Translations under genes and position numbers: made by a program | Notes under the pieces: model-generated | Told to the model about the DNA's origin: nothing | Databases searched by the model: none | Seen by the model: the letters and a program-made list of their open reading frames with translations, nothing else | Source: an uncultured Verrucomicrobiae bacterium | GTDB taxonomy: Bacteria; Verrucomicrobiota; Verrucomicrobiia; Chthoniobacterales; UBA10450 | Direction: 5' to 3' | Length of the DNA: 64,000 bases | NCBI GenBank assembly: GCA_963772365.1 | Contig: CAVYXA010000005.1 | Location: forward strand, 96,001 to 160,000 | Shown here: piece after piece, positions 28,641-41,300 of the stretch | Position numbering within the stretch: the stretch's first letter is position 1 | Layout: each line of letters starts with the position of its first letter

Positions 28641-29902
28641 TCGCGCTGATTGCCATGGCCGCCGCCGAGAGCCATTCCAAAGCGGTCATCCTGGCGATCT
28701 TCGCCATCACTTACCTTGGCATCGCGATCGGACGCGTGCCGGGTCTGAAACTCAATCGCGTGGGCATCGTTCTGCTGGGGGCGATTGCCATGATGATCTT
28801 CGGCGGCGTCGCCACGGGCGAAGTCATCTCTTACGTCAACTGGCCGACGATTCTTTTGCTGTTCGGTTTTTTTGTCATCTCGGCGCAACTCCGTTTGTCC
28901 GGCTTTTATGACCAGGTGGCCAACGGCATTTCCGCGCGGCTTGGTCATCCCGCGCGGTTTCTGCTGGTGTTGATGGCGGTGACCGGCGGGTTGTCGGCGT
29001 TCCTGAACCACGACATCGTTTGCTTCGTCTTTACGCCCATCGTCGGCACGGCGCTGCTTCGCAAACAAATCAATCCCGTTCCGTTTCTGATCGCCCTGGC
29101 GATCGCCAGCAACATCGGCGCGGCGGCCACCTTGATCGGCAATCCGCAGGACATGATGATTGGCGCGGTCGCCCACCTTGACTTTGGCCGCTACATGCTT
29201 TGGAGTTGTGTCCGGTCCTTTTCGCCTTGGGCGGCGCTTACGGAATCATCTGGATGTTGTCGCGCAGAAACCTTCGAATCCGCGTCTGCCGGTTCGCGAA
29301 GGAACCCGCCCGCGCGGCTTATCCCTTCAATCGCGCGCACACCATCAAGGGCCTGGTCATTCTGGCCGTGGTGGTCGGATTGTTTTTCACGCCGTTGCCC
29401 AAGGAAATCATCGCCCTGGCCGCCGCCGGCATTCACCTGGCCAGCCCGAAGTTCCGCACCGAGGAATTGCTGGGCCTGGTGGAGTGGCCGATTCTCGTGC
29501 TCTTCATGGGATTGTTCGTCGTCACCGGCGCGTTTCAATCCACCGGTTACGGCGACCAGGCCGTGCAATGGCTGGCGCACAGCGGCTTCAACCTCAACGC
29601 GCCCGCACAATCTGGCGCTGGCGACCGCCGCCTTATCCAACCTGATCAACAACTCGGCGGCGGTGATGTTGCTGCTCAAAGTCGTCAACCTGTCCCAGCC
29701 GACCGCGGCTTACGTCCTCGCGCTGGCCAACAGCTTTGGCGGCAGCCTGATCATCGTCGGCAGCGTTTCCAACATCATCGTCGTCCAACAAGCGCGCGAC
29801 CTGGGCATCAGCATTTCCTTTCGCGACTTTGCCCGCCTGGGCGTTCCGGTGACGCTGGCCGCGCTGGCTGGATTGATCGGTTGGGCGGCGTTGACGACTT
29901 GA
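28637..29902 (+). CDS. ArsB/NhaD/CitM (IT superfamily) transporter with two frameshifts (~29212, ~29608)
   Basis: LSAFLNHD, ASNIGAAATLIGNPQ, LSNLINN and GSVSNIIV. The middle section is carried by the frame of ORF 29200. Confidence 0.75.
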   Translation: MIALIAMAAAESHSKAVILAIFAITYLGIAIGRVPGLKLNRVGIVLLGAIAMMIFGGVATGEVISYVNWPTILLLFGFFVISAQLRLSGFYDQVANGISARLGHPARFLLVLMAVTGGLSAFLNHDIVCFVFTPIVGTALLRKQINPVPFLIALAIASNIGAAATLIGNPQDMMIGAVAHLDFGRYMLWSCVRSFSPWAALTESSGCCRAETFESASAGSRRNPPARLIPSIARTPSRAWSFWPWWSDCFSRRCPRKSSPWPPPAFTWPARSSAPRNCWAWWSGRFSCSSWDCSSSPARFNPPVTATRPCNGWRTAASTSTRPHNLALATAALSNLINNSAAVMLLLKVVNLSQPTAAYVLALANSFGGSLIIVGSVSNIIVVQQARDLGISISFRDFARLGVPVTLAALAGLIGWAALTT

Positions 29903-29910
29903 GAAGAGCT

Positions 29911-31176
29911 ATGACACGAGGGAGGACAAGATCAGCAACAACAAAGAAAACGACGGCCGTACCCGCGATTGAATCAGGAGGGCATGTGCTGACGGTGAAC
30001 GGCGGTTCTTCGAGCATCAAGTTCGCGCTCTACCAAGTTGGCGAACCGCTGAAGCGAGGGCTGCACGGAAAGGTTGACCGCATCGGCTTGAGCGGGACAA
30101 ACTTGACGTTTCACGACGCGAATGGAAAGCCACAGGCCAGTCGCAAACTTACTGCCGCTGATCACAAAACGGCGACGAATTTCCTGATTGATTGGTTCGA
30201 AGAGCAAAATGATTTTGCATCTGTCCGGGCTGTCGGACATCGGGTGGTTCTTGGCCTGCAACACACCGTGCCGGAATTGATCACGCCGGAATTGCTGGAT
30301 GAGCTGCACCGCATCAGTCCCTGCGATCCGGACCATCTGCCTCGCGAGATCCAGCTAATCGAAGCGTTCCGCCAGCGTCATCCGAAACTGCCGCAGTTGG
30401 CCTGTTTCGACACAGCGTTTCACACCACCATGCCGAGGGTGGCGAAGTTGCTTCCGATTCCGCGTCGCTACGAGGCGAAAGGAATTCAACGCTACGGGTT
30501 CCACGGTTTGTCTTACGCCTATCTGATGGAAGAACTCGTGCGCCTCGGCGACCCGGCGGCAACGAATGGCCGCGTGATTCTCGCGCATCTTGGCAATGGC
30601 GCGAGTCTGGCCGCCGTGCGCGACGGCCAGAGCATCGACACCAGCATGGGCTTCACGCCGACGTCCGGGTTGGTGATGAGCACCCGCTCGGGCGATCTTG
30701 ATCCGGGACTTGTTAGTTATCTGGCGCGCACCGAGAAAATGACCGCACCACAATTTGACCGGATGGTAAACCACGATTCCGGGCTGCTCGGTGTTTCGGA
30801 AACCAGCTCCGACATGCGAGATTTACTTGATCACGAAGCGAAGGACGTGCGCGCAGCGGAAGCCGTGGCGCTATTCTGTTATCAGGCGAAAAAATGGATC
30901 GGCGCTTATGCTGCCGCATTGGGCGGATTGGACACTCTCGTCTTCGCCGGCGGCATCGGCGAAAATGCGCCACTTGTTCGCGCACGCATTTGTGAAGAAC
31001 TGAATTTCCTCGGCCTTGAATTGAATGAGGCGCGCAATGCCGAGGCTGCGGGGGTGATTTCCACGGACGCCAGCCGGGTTGCAGTTCGCGTCATTCGCAC
31101 GGACGAAGAACTCATGATTGCAAGGTCGGTCAGCTACGTCCTCCGCCTCGGCGCACAGAAAAAAGATAAACCATGA
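29911..31176 (+). CDS. ackA: Acetate/propionate kinase
   Basis: [52 protein letters not shown]. Confidence 0.93.
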   Translation: MTRGRTRSATTKKTTAVPAIESGGHVLTVNGGSSSIKFALYQVGEPLKRGLHGKVDRIGLSGTNLTFHDANGKPQASRKLTAADHKTATNFLIDWFEEQNDFASVRAVGHRVVLGLQHTVPELITPELLDELHRISPCDPDHLPREIQLIEAFRQRHPKLPQLACFDTAFHTTMPRVAKLLPIPRRYEAKGIQRYGFHGLSYAYLMEELVRLGDPAATNGRVILAHLGNGASLAAVRDGQSIDTSMGFTPTSGLVMSTRSGDLDPGLVSYLARTEKMTAPQFDRMVNHDSGLLGVSETSSDMRDLLDHEAKDVRAAEAVALFCYQAKKWIGAYAAALGGLDTLVFAGGIGENAPLVRARICEELNFLGLELNEARNAEAAGVISTDASRVAVRVIRTDEELMIARSVSYVLRLGAQKKDKP

Positions 31177-33557
31177 ATACCAACACACTCACGCCGGAAC
31201 TGCTGCACAAAATGGACGCCTATTGGCGGGCCGCGAACTATCTTTCGGTCGGCCAGATTTATCTCTACGACAATCCGCTTCTGAAAGAGCCGCTAAAACT
31301 GTCGCACGTGAAGCCGCTGGTGGTTGGTCACTGGGGCACGACGCCGGGCCAGAACTTCATCTATGTGCATTTGAACCGAGTCATTAAGAAGTATGACCTA
31401 AACATGTTCTACATCGCGGGCCCCGGTCACGGCGGCCCGGCCATTGTGGGCAATGTTTACCTCGAAGGTACCTGGAGTGAAGTTTATCCGAACATCACCC
31501 AGGACGAAGCGGGACTGAAGAAGCTGTTCAAGCAATTCTCGTTTCCCGGCGGAATTTCCAGTCATGTGGCGCCTACGACACCGGGGTCAATTCACGAAGG
31601 CGGCGAGCTGGGTTATTCGCTCAGTCATGCTTTCGGGGCCGCATTTGACAATCCAGACCTGATCGTCGCCTGCGTCGTCGGCGATGGTGAAGCGGAAACC
31701 GGCCCGTTGGCGACCGCATGGCAGTCCAACAAGTTGCTAAATCCAATTACCGACGGAGCGGTGCTGCCGATCCTGCATCTCAACGGTTACAAAATCAGCA
31801 ACCCGACCGTTCTGGCCCGTATCGAGCATGAGGAGTTGGAACAATTTTTCCGCGGCTGCGGCTGGACACCTTACTTCGTAGAAGGTGATGAGCCGGAGAA
31901 GATGCATCAACTCATGGCCGCCACGTTGGAAGAGGTCATCGAGGACATCCGGCAAATCCGAACGAATGCGCGGGACAAGAATGACACCACTCGTGCGCGG
32001 TGGCCCATGATCGTCCTTAAGTCACCCAAAGGCTGGACCGGACCGAAAGTCGTCGATGGCCTGCAAGTCGAAGGCACCTTTCGGGCGCACCAGGTACCGA
32101 TCCTAGTAGACGCTGAGCATCCCAATCACGTCGCGCTGCTCGAAAGCTGGATGAAGAGCTACAAAGCCGAAGAGCTATTCGATAAAAATGGCCGACTCAT
32201 CCCGGAACTAGCAGAGCTGGCGCCGAAAGGCGACCGACGAATGGGAGCCAACCCGCACGCGAACGGCGGCATTTTACTTCACGATCTGCGAATGCCGGAC
32301 TTCTGCGACCACGCAGTGCATGTGCCCTCACCTGGCGCCGTCGATGGCCAGGATACGATGGTGCTTGGTAAGTTTCTGCGTGACGTGGCCAGGCTAAATC
32401 AAGATCAGCGCAATTTTCGCGTCTTTGGTCCCGATGAGACACTCTCGAATCTTTTGGGCGCGGTTTTCGAAGTCACCAACCGGCAATGGGACGCACGAGA
32501 GGCGAAAAATGATGAGTTCCTCGCGCCTGCCGGACGCGTGCTCGACTCAATGCTGAGTGAGCATCAGTGCGAGGGTTGGCTGGAAGGGTATCTGCTGACC
32601 GGCCGTCATGGGTTGTTCAACAGTTACGAAGCTTTCATTCGCATCGTCGACTCGATGTTCAGCCAGCACGCCAAATGGTTGAAGGTCACATCGGAGCTGC
32701 CCTGGCGCCGGAAGATCGCGTCGCTGAACTATCTCCTCGCCTCCCACGTCTGGCAGCAGGACCACAACGGCTTTACGCACCAGGACCCCGGTTTCCTTGA
32801 CCACGTCATCAACAAGAAGGCCGATATTGTGCGCGTTTATCTTCCGCCCGATGCCAACTGTCTGCTGTCGGTGTTTGATCATTGCCTGCGCAGTCGGCAC
32901 TACGTGAACGTGGTGGTCGCGGGAAAACACGCGCTGCCCCAATGGTTGACCATGGATGCCGCCGTCGTGCATTGCACCGAAGGCATCGGCATCTGGCAAT
33001 GGGCCAGCAACGACCAAGGCACCGAGCCGGACGTGGTAATGGCCTGTTGCGGAGATACGCCCACGCTGGAGATTCTTGCCGCTGTTTCCATCCTTCGCGA
33101 GCATCTGCCCGCTTTGAAAATCCGGGTGATCAATGTCGTTGACCTGATGAAGCTGCAGTCTGCAAGCGAGCATCCGCACGGACTGAGCGAAACGGATTAC
33201 GACTCACTCTTCACTAAAGACAAGCACATCATCTTTGGCTTCCATGGATACCCCTGGCTGGTCCACCGGCTAACTTACCGCCGGACCAACCGCAACCTGC
33301 ACGTCCGCGGTTACAAAGAAGAGGGAACGATCACGACGGCCTTTGACATGAGAGTGCAGAACGACCTGGACCGGTTCCACTTGGTGCAAGACGTAGTCGA
33401 TCGCGTACCGCAGTTGGGCTCCAAAGGGGCTTATCTGAAGCAAATGGTGCAGGACAAACTTATCGAGCACAAGCATTACATTGATAAACATGGCGAGGAC
33501 ATGCCGGAAATTCGGAATTGGAAGTGGGGCGCTGGAAACGAAGGCAAAGCGGCGTAA
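31173..33557 (+). CDS. xfp: Xylulose-5-phosphate/fructose-6-phosphate phosphoketolase
   Basis: [50 protein letters not shown]. Confidence 0.95.
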   Translation: MNTNTLTPELLHKMDAYWRAANYLSVGQIYLYDNPLLKEPLKLSHVKPLVVGHWGTTPGQNFIYVHLNRVIKKYDLNMFYIAGPGHGGPAIVGNVYLEGTWSEVYPNITQDEAGLKKLFKQFSFPGGISSHVAPTTPGSIHEGGELGYSLSHAFGAAFDNPDLIVACVVGDGEAETGPLATAWQSNKLLNPITDGAVLPILHLNGYKISNPTVLARIEHEELEQFFRGCGWTPYFVEGDEPEKMHQLMAATLEEVIEDIRQIRTNARDKNDTTRARWPMIVLKSPKGWTGPKVVDGLQVEGTFRAHQVPILVDAEHPNHVALLESWMKSYKAEELFDKNGRLIPELAELAPKGDRRMGANPHANGGILLHDLRMPDFCDHAVHVPSPGAVDGQDTMVLGKFLRDVARLNQDQRNFRVFGPDETLSNLLGAVFEVTNRQWDAREAKNDEFLAPAGRVLDSMLSEHQCEGWLEGYLLTGRHGLFNSYEAFIRIVDSMFSQHAKWLKVTSELPWRRKIASLNYLLASHVWQQDHNGFTHQDPGFLDHVINKKADIVRVYLPPDANCLLSVFDHCLRSRHYVNVVVAGKHALPQWLTMDAAVVHCTEGIGIWQWASNDQGTEPDVVMACCGDTPTLEILAAVSILREHLPALKIRVINVVDLMKLQSASEHPHGLSETDYDSLFTKDKHIIFGFHGYPWLVHRLTYRRTNRNLHVRGYKEEGTITTAFDMRVQNDLDRFHLVQDVVDRVPQLGSKGAYLKQMVQDKLIEHKHYIDKHGEDMPEIRNWKWGAGNEGKAA

Positions 33558-33585
33558 AACCCATGCACCGGTCAAAGGAATAATT

Positions 33586-33696
33586 ATGAAACACAAAATG
33601 AAAGCGGCAGTGGTTATGCAGTTTGGAAAGCCTCTGGGGCTTCAGGAATGGGACATCCCGACTGATGGCGATTACAAAGCCGTGATGGAAATATAA
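33586..33696 (+). pseudogene. N-terminal stub of an AdhP-type alcohol dehydrogenase
   Basis: RBS aaagga, then MKHKMKAAVVMQFGKPLGLQEWDIPT, 10 unrelated residues and a stop. Confidence 0.65.
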
Positions 33697-33717
33697 AACA
33701 AATGAAAGGAATCCAGA

Positions 33718-34080
33718 ATGCCCATTCAACTCAAAGAAGAAAACGGCGGGAAGATTCTCGTCGTTCACGTCAGCGGAAAACTGGCCAAGGCGGACTACGC
33801 GCACTTTGTTCCCGAGTTCGAGCGGCTTGTTCGACTGCATGGAAAGCTGCGCCTGCTGTTCGATATGACCGATTTCCACGGTTGGGATGCCGGCGCGGCG
33901 TGGGAGGATTTCAAGCTCGGCATCAAACATTTCGCCGACATCGAACGGCTCGCGATGATCGGGGATAAGAAGTGGCAGCATGGCATGGCGATATTCTGCA
34001 AACCGTTCACGAAAGCGACCATCCGATACTTCGATCACGCCGACGCCACTGAGGCGCGAAAGTGGTTGGACGAAGCGTAG
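33718..34080 (+). CDS. SpoIIAA-like (STAS/SEC14) protein
   Basis: GKL...DY, GKLRLLFDM.DF.GW...A.WED, A..WL. Confidence 0.85.
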   Translation: MPIQLKEENGGKILVVHVSGKLAKADYAHFVPEFERLVRLHGKLRLLFDMTDFHGWDAGAAWEDFKLGIKHFADIERLAMIGDKKWQHGMAIFCKPFTKATIRYFDHADATEARKWLDEA

Positions 34081-34104
34081 CCACACCGGCCGAGACCGAC
34101 ACAA

Positions 34105-35127
34105 ATGGATGCGCAACAGCTTAAAGACACCGCGAAGGCGCTGGTCGCCGACGATAAGGGACTACTGGCGATGGATGAAAGTAATCCAACCTGCAACAGA
34201 CGATTTGCCAAATTAGGCATCCCGCAAACGGTGGAGGCCCGGCGCGCTTATCGGGAATTGATTGTAACTAGTCCCGGTCTCGGTGAGTGCATCAGCGGCG
34301 CGATTCTTTACGACGAAACAATTCGCCAACAGAAGAAAGATGGCACTCCCTTTATTAAGATCATCACCGATGCGGGAATTATTCCCGGCATCAAAGTGGA
34401 CACAGGTGCCAAGGAGCTGGCGGGTCATCCCGGAGAGAAAATAACCGAAGGTCTGGACGGATTGCGCGAACGCTTGACAGAATACTTGCAAATGGGCGCG
34501 CGGTTTGCCAAGTGGCGCGCGGTCATTGCCATCGACAATAAAATTCCCAGCGGGAGTTGTATTGAGGCGAACGCGCAAGCGTTAGCTCGTTATGCCGCAT
34601 TGTGCCAGGAAGCCGGATTGGTTCCAATCGTAGAGCCGGAAGTGCTCATGGACGGCAATCATACTTTGGAGCGGTGCCGCGAGGTCACGGAGGAAGTACT
34701 GCGAACGGTTTTCAACCAGCTGAATTCTCAGCGCGTGATGCTGGAAGGCATAATTCTCAAACCCAACATGGTGCTGCCGGGATTGACCTCACCGAAGCAG
34801 AAATCGGTGGACGACGTGGCCGACGCCACGGTGACGTGTCTCCTGCGAGCCGTTCCCGCTGCCGTTCCGGCAATTGCATTCTTGTCGGGTGGCCAATCCG
34901 GTGAACTGGCCTCGGCCCGTTTGAATGCCATGAATGTTCGATTCAAATCGCGACTGCCTTGGGCGCTGGCGTTTTCGTTTGCTCGCGCCATCCAGCAACC
35001 GGCTTTGGAAATATGGTCGGGCCAGGACGCCAACGTGAAAGCGGCCCAGCAAGCCCTGCTTCATCGCGCCAGGTGCAACTGGGCTGCTCGTGGCGGCGAA
35101 TACACTGCCGCGATGGACAAGGCATGA
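34105..35127 (+). CDS. Class I fructose-bisphosphate aldolase
   Basis: KGLLAMDES, GIKVD, FAKWR, PIVEPE, LKPNM, FLSGGQ, FSFARA. Confidence 0.95.
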   Translation: MDAQQLKDTAKALVADDKGLLAMDESNPTCNRRFAKLGIPQTVEARRAYRELIVTSPGLGECISGAILYDETIRQQKKDGTPFIKIITDAGIIPGIKVDTGAKELAGHPGEKITEGLDGLRERLTEYLQMGARFAKWRAVIAIDNKIPSGSCIEANAQALARYAALCQEAGLVPIVEPEVLMDGNHTLERCREVTEEVLRTVFNQLNSQRVMLEGIILKPNMVLPGLTSPKQKSVDDVADATVTCLLRAVPAAVPAIAFLSGGQSGELASARLNAMNVRFKSRLPWALAFSFARAIQQPALEIWSGQDANVKAAQQALLHRARCNWAARGGEYTAAMDKA

Positions 35128-35309
35128 GCAGGACAACAAGTATCCCGCAACTCACAAAACCTGCAGCGAAATCACCGCGCGTTGGCCGGACTTCGTTGTG
35201 GATCAAGAAGTTCAGCGAAATCAGAATCGAAGATATTCCGCAGGTCGGTTTACATGAAAGAAAGCGCGGGCACAGGTCATCATGTGCTCGTTCCAGTTGG
35301 AAGAGATGA
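35124..35309 (+). pseudogene. N-terminal stub of a PEP synthase
   Basis: ATGA overlap with the aldolase stop. WIKKFSEIRIEDIPQVG aligns with [17 protein letters not shown](GK) of the ppsA at 46334. Similarity ends at ~35249. Confidence 0.7.
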
Positions 35310-35312
35310 TTC

Positions 35313-38300
35313 TCAAGCCCGCGGTTCCGTTCCCATTACCACGCGCACCTCGTGAGGCGCACCGTCGTTATGCAAAGTCACGATCTTGTCGGCGATGGCC
35401 TTTCCATCCACTTCTACGAGGACGACCCCGCGGGAGCAGTGGTCGGGATTCTCGACCGCGATGCGATAAAGGGTGTTTTGGTAACGGTAACGCAATCGAA
35501 AGTCGGGCCAATCTTTCGGGATGACCGGGTTGATCGTGAGCTTGTCACCGCGGCGTTGGAAGCCCAGAACTTCCTCGAGCCAGACCCGATACGTCCAAGC
35601 CGCCGCGCCTGTGTACCAAGTCCAGCCGCCGCGTCCGACATGGTCGGCTAACGAGTAAACGTCGCCCGCCATGATGTAAGGTTCGACCTTGTACCGTTCG
35701 CGATCCTCGTCTTCCCGGGCACGCTCGACCGGATTCAGCATTCGCAAAAGTCGCACCGCCTTGTCGCCATCTCCCCTGCGGGCAAAAGCCATGGGAACCC
35801 AGGTGGCGGCATGAGTGTATTGCCCGCCGTTTTCTCGCACACCGGGTGGGTAACCCTTGATGTATCCAACATCGGCGGTGGTCTTGTCGAAGGGCGGAGT
35901 GAAGAGCAAGATCAGGTCGTCGGCTTCACGGATGAGATTTTCCTCGAGCGATCGCAGGGCGACCTCGACGCGGCCGGGGTCGCCGGCACCGGAAATCGCG
36001 GCCCAAGTTTGCGGGAGCGAATCGATGCGGGCTTCGAGATTTTCGCTCGATCCGAGAGGCGCGCCGTCATCGAAGTATGCGCGGCGATACCACGCTCCGT
36101 CCCACGCCTGAGCGTCGACTGCTTTTGCCAACTCGGCAGAGCGGGCGCGGCAGGCCTGCGCTTCCTCGCCCAGTTCGCGCAGGATGAGCAGTTCCGCGAA
36201 ATCGTCGAGCACACAAATCTCAAACCAGGCGAGCCAGACGCTCTCGCCTTTGCCGCGCAGTCCTACGCGGTTGAGACCGTCGTTCCAATCGCCACTTCCG
36301 ATCAGCGGCAATCCGTGCGGGCCAGCGGTGGCAGTGCGAGCGAGGGCGCGCCGGCAATGTTCGAGCAGCGAGTCTTGTGTATGAGAGATGGTCGGAACCG
36401 AAAGGCTCTCCGTTTCCTTCGGCTCAAGCTCTTTGCCTTCGAGAAATGGTATTGTTTCATCGAGAATGGCGACATCACCCGTGGTGCGGACGTAATGCGC
36501 CGTGACGAAGGGAAGCCAGAGAAGATCGTCACTGATCCGGGTCCGCACGCCAGCACCTGAATCGGGATGCCACCAATGCTGGACGTCGCCTTCCACGAAT
36601 TGTCGCGCGGCCGCGCGCAGGATCTGGTTACGTGCGATGTCGGGTGCGGCGTGCACGAGGGCCATGACATCTTGTAACTGGTCACGGAAGCCGTAAGCGC
36701 CGCTCGATTGATAAAGAGCCGTGCGGCCCCAGAGGCGACAACTGAGCGTCTGATAAACCAGCCAGCGGTTGAGCAGAAAAGTTGTCGAAAGTTCCGGCGT
36801 CTCCACTTCGATCGTGCTCAGGAGACGCTCCCACCAACGCTTGGTTTCCTGAAATGCGGCTTCGACGTTCACGGGATCACGGAATCGCTTCACAAGTGCG
36901 CGCGCTTTTTCCTCGTCGTCCGTCTGCCCGAGAAGAAAAGTTATCTCGGCGCTCTGTCCGGGTTCGATCTCGACCACGACCTCCACGGCGGCGCAAGGGT
37001 CGAGGCCGGCGCCAACGTCGCCAGTCAATCGTTCGTGCTCCATCGCGGCGGGATCGCGCAGCGAGCGGTTACGCCCGATGAACACGGCGCGATCACCGGT
37101 GAACGAAGCGGGTGTTGGCGTCGAAGTGGCGAAAGTGATGCAGTCGCAAAATTCCGGGTTGTAGGAGTTGCGGGCGAACAGGCTCTGGCTTTGCAAATCC
37201 CATTTCGTGACCACATGCATGCCGGTTTCCTCGGGATCGGATCCGAGAACGAGCGTGGCGTAGGAGGTGACGGTCAGCTTGCGCCGGCGCGACGATCTGT
37301 TGCGCAGGCGCAGCCGCTGGAGGCGCACCGGCTGGCCGTCGGCGTCATCGACAGGCACGAAGATGAGCAGCCGTTGTTCGATCGCGTGGCTGTTGTGTTC
37401 AAAGGTTGTGTAACCCTGGCCATGCCGCGCGCGATAAGCGTCCTTCTCCCGAATCGGTTGCGGCGTGGGCGACCAAACGACGCCCATGTCATCGTCTCTT
37501 ATATATATAGCGGTGCCGGGCGGATCGGAGATCGGGTCGTTGAACCACGGGGTGAGGCGATCGGTCTGGCTGTTGCGGCCCCAGACACATTCGGCGCCCG
37601 ACTCGGAAACAAACGCGCCGAATTTCGGATTGGCCATGATGTTGATCCAGGGAAGCGGCGTTTGGCGGCCGGGACCGAGATAGATGACAAATTCCTTTCC
37701 GTCCTCGGTAAAGCCGCCAAGGCCGTTAAAGTATTTCAGCTCCATGAAGGCCAGCGGTGCGGAGGGCTCTTCCTGGAATTTCCGGGCGGGCATTAGGTGC
37801 TGCGGTTTCACGATGACAGGTGTGGTTGCGGCAAGTTGCTGGCGGAGCGTGCCGCGGGCTGCGACCAGGACCATCCGCGCAGCAGCCTGAAGCACGATCA
37901 GCTCTTCCTTCGAAATCTTCGTCGCCGAGCGAAGATAAACGCCACCGGGCAGATCCACCCCGGTCAGGTGCACCTGCGCTTCGGTGAGCTGGCGCAGGCG
38001 AGTAGTCAACGGTTCGTCATAACTCGGCGGTTCCTCGCTCACGAGAACGAGATCGACCTTCAAGCCACGCAGGTTCCAAAAGGTATGCGCAGTCAACATT
38101 TCGCGCACAACTTCGATGTCGCGGAGGTGACCGATCATGATGACGACAATCGGCAGGTCGCCGGAAATGCCCAGCCGCCAGAGCGCACGCTGACCCTCGG
38201 CGCGACGACCGAGACGCGCGGGCGGTGGTCGCAGTTGGGCCTGCGGAAAGACAATGAGCGCCGCCAGTTGTTGAAAAGTTTGTACATCGCCTGGCCGGAC

Positions 38301-41300
38301 GTGGAGCCGGCGCATCTCGAGTTGGGAATGGGTCCACGCGGTTTCGAATGCGCGCGCGCAAGTGTGAAACTCCGAGTAGCGCTCGACCAGTGCGACAACC
38401 GCTTCGCGCGACTCCGCCACTACCGTTACGAGCGCAAATTGAAATCGCTCATCAGGCAGAATTGCGACGCGCCGGCGCAGGCTAAAGATCGGATCGAGGA
38501 CGGCGCCGACACTGTTCGTTAGGGTGGTGGTAATCGCTTCGGGATTTGCCGGCGTCCGCCCTCGGCCAAGGAATTGGGCGCGGTCGGTTTCGAACTCGGT
38601 CGAGTCGATAAAAGAGGAGGACTCGGAGACCATGAGGTGCGCGGCCCACATCGGCTGATCGTCGGGAGCGCGGAGGCGACGCCGGGCGACCAGCGCCTGG
38701 CAATGCGGCAGCCATTCGGTTTCGATGAAGAGTTTGTTGAAAGCAGGGTGCGCGCGATCGGTCCGGTGCGGCGCAAGCGCGAGCTCGAGGTAACTGGTCA
38801 GCTCCAGCCGGCACAATTTGCGTGATGTATTTACCAGGGTCACCCGCCGGACTTCCGCGTCGTCTTCCGCGGAGACCGCAATTTCCGTGATCGTCTCGCA
38901 CGGTCCGCTCCTGCGCCGGAACTCCGCTTTGTCCGGCGTGAAACTCCAGGTGTGACGGCGCTCGGGAGTTCGGAGCGGTTGATGGGTATTGCTCCAGGTC
39001 GTTCCACTTTCCAAATCCCGGATATAACAAGCCGGACCCGAGACGTCGCAGGTCGCATCGGCGTGCCAGCGGGTCACGTCCAGATCCAGCCAGCGTAGAT
39101 TGCCTCCGCCGGAGTTCGTTACCGTGACCGAGCAGGTTCCATTGGAGAGCAAGTGGATGCGCGGCGAGGAGATGTCCGGTGTTTGCGCCACGACTGCGGG
39201 GCCGGCGCTTGGAATTGGCCGGGACAGGGGTCGCTCTTCGTGCACCTCACCGGTGGTGGGCAAAATTTGTTCCGGAATGTGCTCGTGCAGGAGCGGCTCG
39301 GTGGCGCGAATGCGCAAGTCGGAATGGAACCGCCTCCGCATCGCATTGTCATTTAAAGCGTTGTCATAGGCGAGGAGCGACATCCCCTGGTGATGCACCA
39401 TATAACAATGGATGATGATCCCGGCCGCGCCCCCGGGTTCGGTCCGTCGCGAATAGTCGATCGCTTCGTAGTAGCCGTAATCGCCGAGCAGCGCAGAGTC
39501 GCCCAAAGTGGCGAGCCACCGCAAATTCTTCGTGGCGGCCACCGGTTCCACGGCGAGAGCAAGCGCTGCCGCATACGGCGCAACGACCAGGTCGCGTTCC
39601 TGTCCGCGCTGCAAGGCCAGCGCCGGCACGCCGAACGCGCGGTATTGATAGACGTTGTACCGGTCGAGCGCGCTGAAGGCGGATTCCGAGATGCCCCACG
39701 GCACGCTGCTTTGCCTGGCATATTCAATCTGACAGCGCACGGCGTCGTGACAGGCGCGATCGAGCAGCGAATTTTCGTGCGTCTGGTTGAACAAGAGCGG
39801 CATCAAATATTCAAACATTGTCCCGCTCCAGGAAAGAAGCGGCAGCCGTCCGTAGGCCGAGCCGAAGGGGCGGCTTAAAGCCCACCAATGTTCCATCGGC
39901 ACTTCGCCGCGCGCGATGGCCAGGAAACTCGTTAGGCGCGCCTCGCTCGCGAGCAGATCGTAAAACGAGTTGTCGAGCCGGCGCTCCGCCACCTGGTAGC
40001 CAATGGCAAAAATCCGCCGTTCCTCATCATAGAGAAATCGCAGCCCCATCCCGCCTTCCAATTGCTGGCTCTGGGCGATCAATTCGTCCAACTGCGCAAG
40101 CTGTTCGGAGGCGCTCCGGCGTGAATGCTCCACCTCGGTGACGAGAAGATCGAGCCACTCGCTCACCGCGGGAGGAATCTCCGGTTGGTCGCGTCGTCCG
40201 TGGAAAGCAAGCAGGGGCACGAGCCCCGGGATGCCTTCGGTGGCGATATTGCGCAGCGAAAAGGTGGACGCGAGCGCCTCGCGCCGGGATTCGTGCGTCG
40301 CTTCCCCTAACGACATCAACTGGGGCGGCGGCGCCATCAGGATTTCCACCGGTCGAAGATATTTATCGATGACGCCGTTCCAGGCCGCGACCTGCTTCGA
40401 GATTTGTTGCGCCCAATAAGTGCGCGGATCGGTTTCCTGCTCGCCGAAGTGCAGCAGAATATCCTGCGCCGGCTCTCGAGCCGCCCGGACGCGCTCGAGG
40501 ATTTCCTCAAGATTCGCCGGCTGGCCTGTCGTCAGTTCCGCCAAGCGAAGGAAGGCTGGAGGACATTCCGTTTCCTTCGTTGGAGCGGCGAATTGCCGGA
40601 GCACGCCCAGCGTGTCGGCTATTCCACGCAACGCGCTCGCATCCAGAAGAGGACGCGCGGCGAGTTCATCGCAGCTGCTTTCAAAAGTCCACAGGCTCGC
40701 GAGCAAATTGCCGCTATCCACGGTGGACACATAGCGTGGATGCAACGGCTCAAGCGTCTTCAGGTCGTACCAATTAAAGAGATGACCTTCGAACCGCTCG
40801 AGCCGGCCCACGGTTTCGAGCGTGCCGAGATTGCGCGCCACCAGGTCGTCGATCGTGATGTAACCAAAATCATTCGCCGCCACCGTCGCCAGCATCCAGA
40901 GCCCGATGTTCGTCGGTGAAGTGCGCAGGAAAATTTCCCGCTTTGGCGTTTCCTGCACATTGTCCGGCGGCAGCCAGGCGGTTTGCGGCCCGACAAACTC
41001 ATCAAAATATCTCCAGGTGCGTCGCGCGGTCGTGCGCAGGAATCGGCGGTCGTCTGCCGTTAGGATTCCGCCGCGCCAGCTCTTCGCGGGACGATCAATC
41101 AGCATCACCGCCACCGGAAAGAGCGCCGACAAAAGAAGGAACGGAGCCACGGCCACCATCGCCGTTGGCCCCCGCCAGGCCGCGCCGGCAAAAAGGAGAA
41201 CGCAGGCAGCCGGGATCCAGAGTCGGTTGAGGACAAACCGACGCTGCTGATTTTTTACGCGTTGGCGGGCATCTTGCGCTGTCTCCCATTCCAGCAGCAG

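Noticed and set aside
29200..31176. Transporter-acetate kinase fusion (658-aa ORF)
   Set aside because: Produced by frameshifts in the transporter gene. The transporter ends at 29902 and ackA has its own ATG at 29911.
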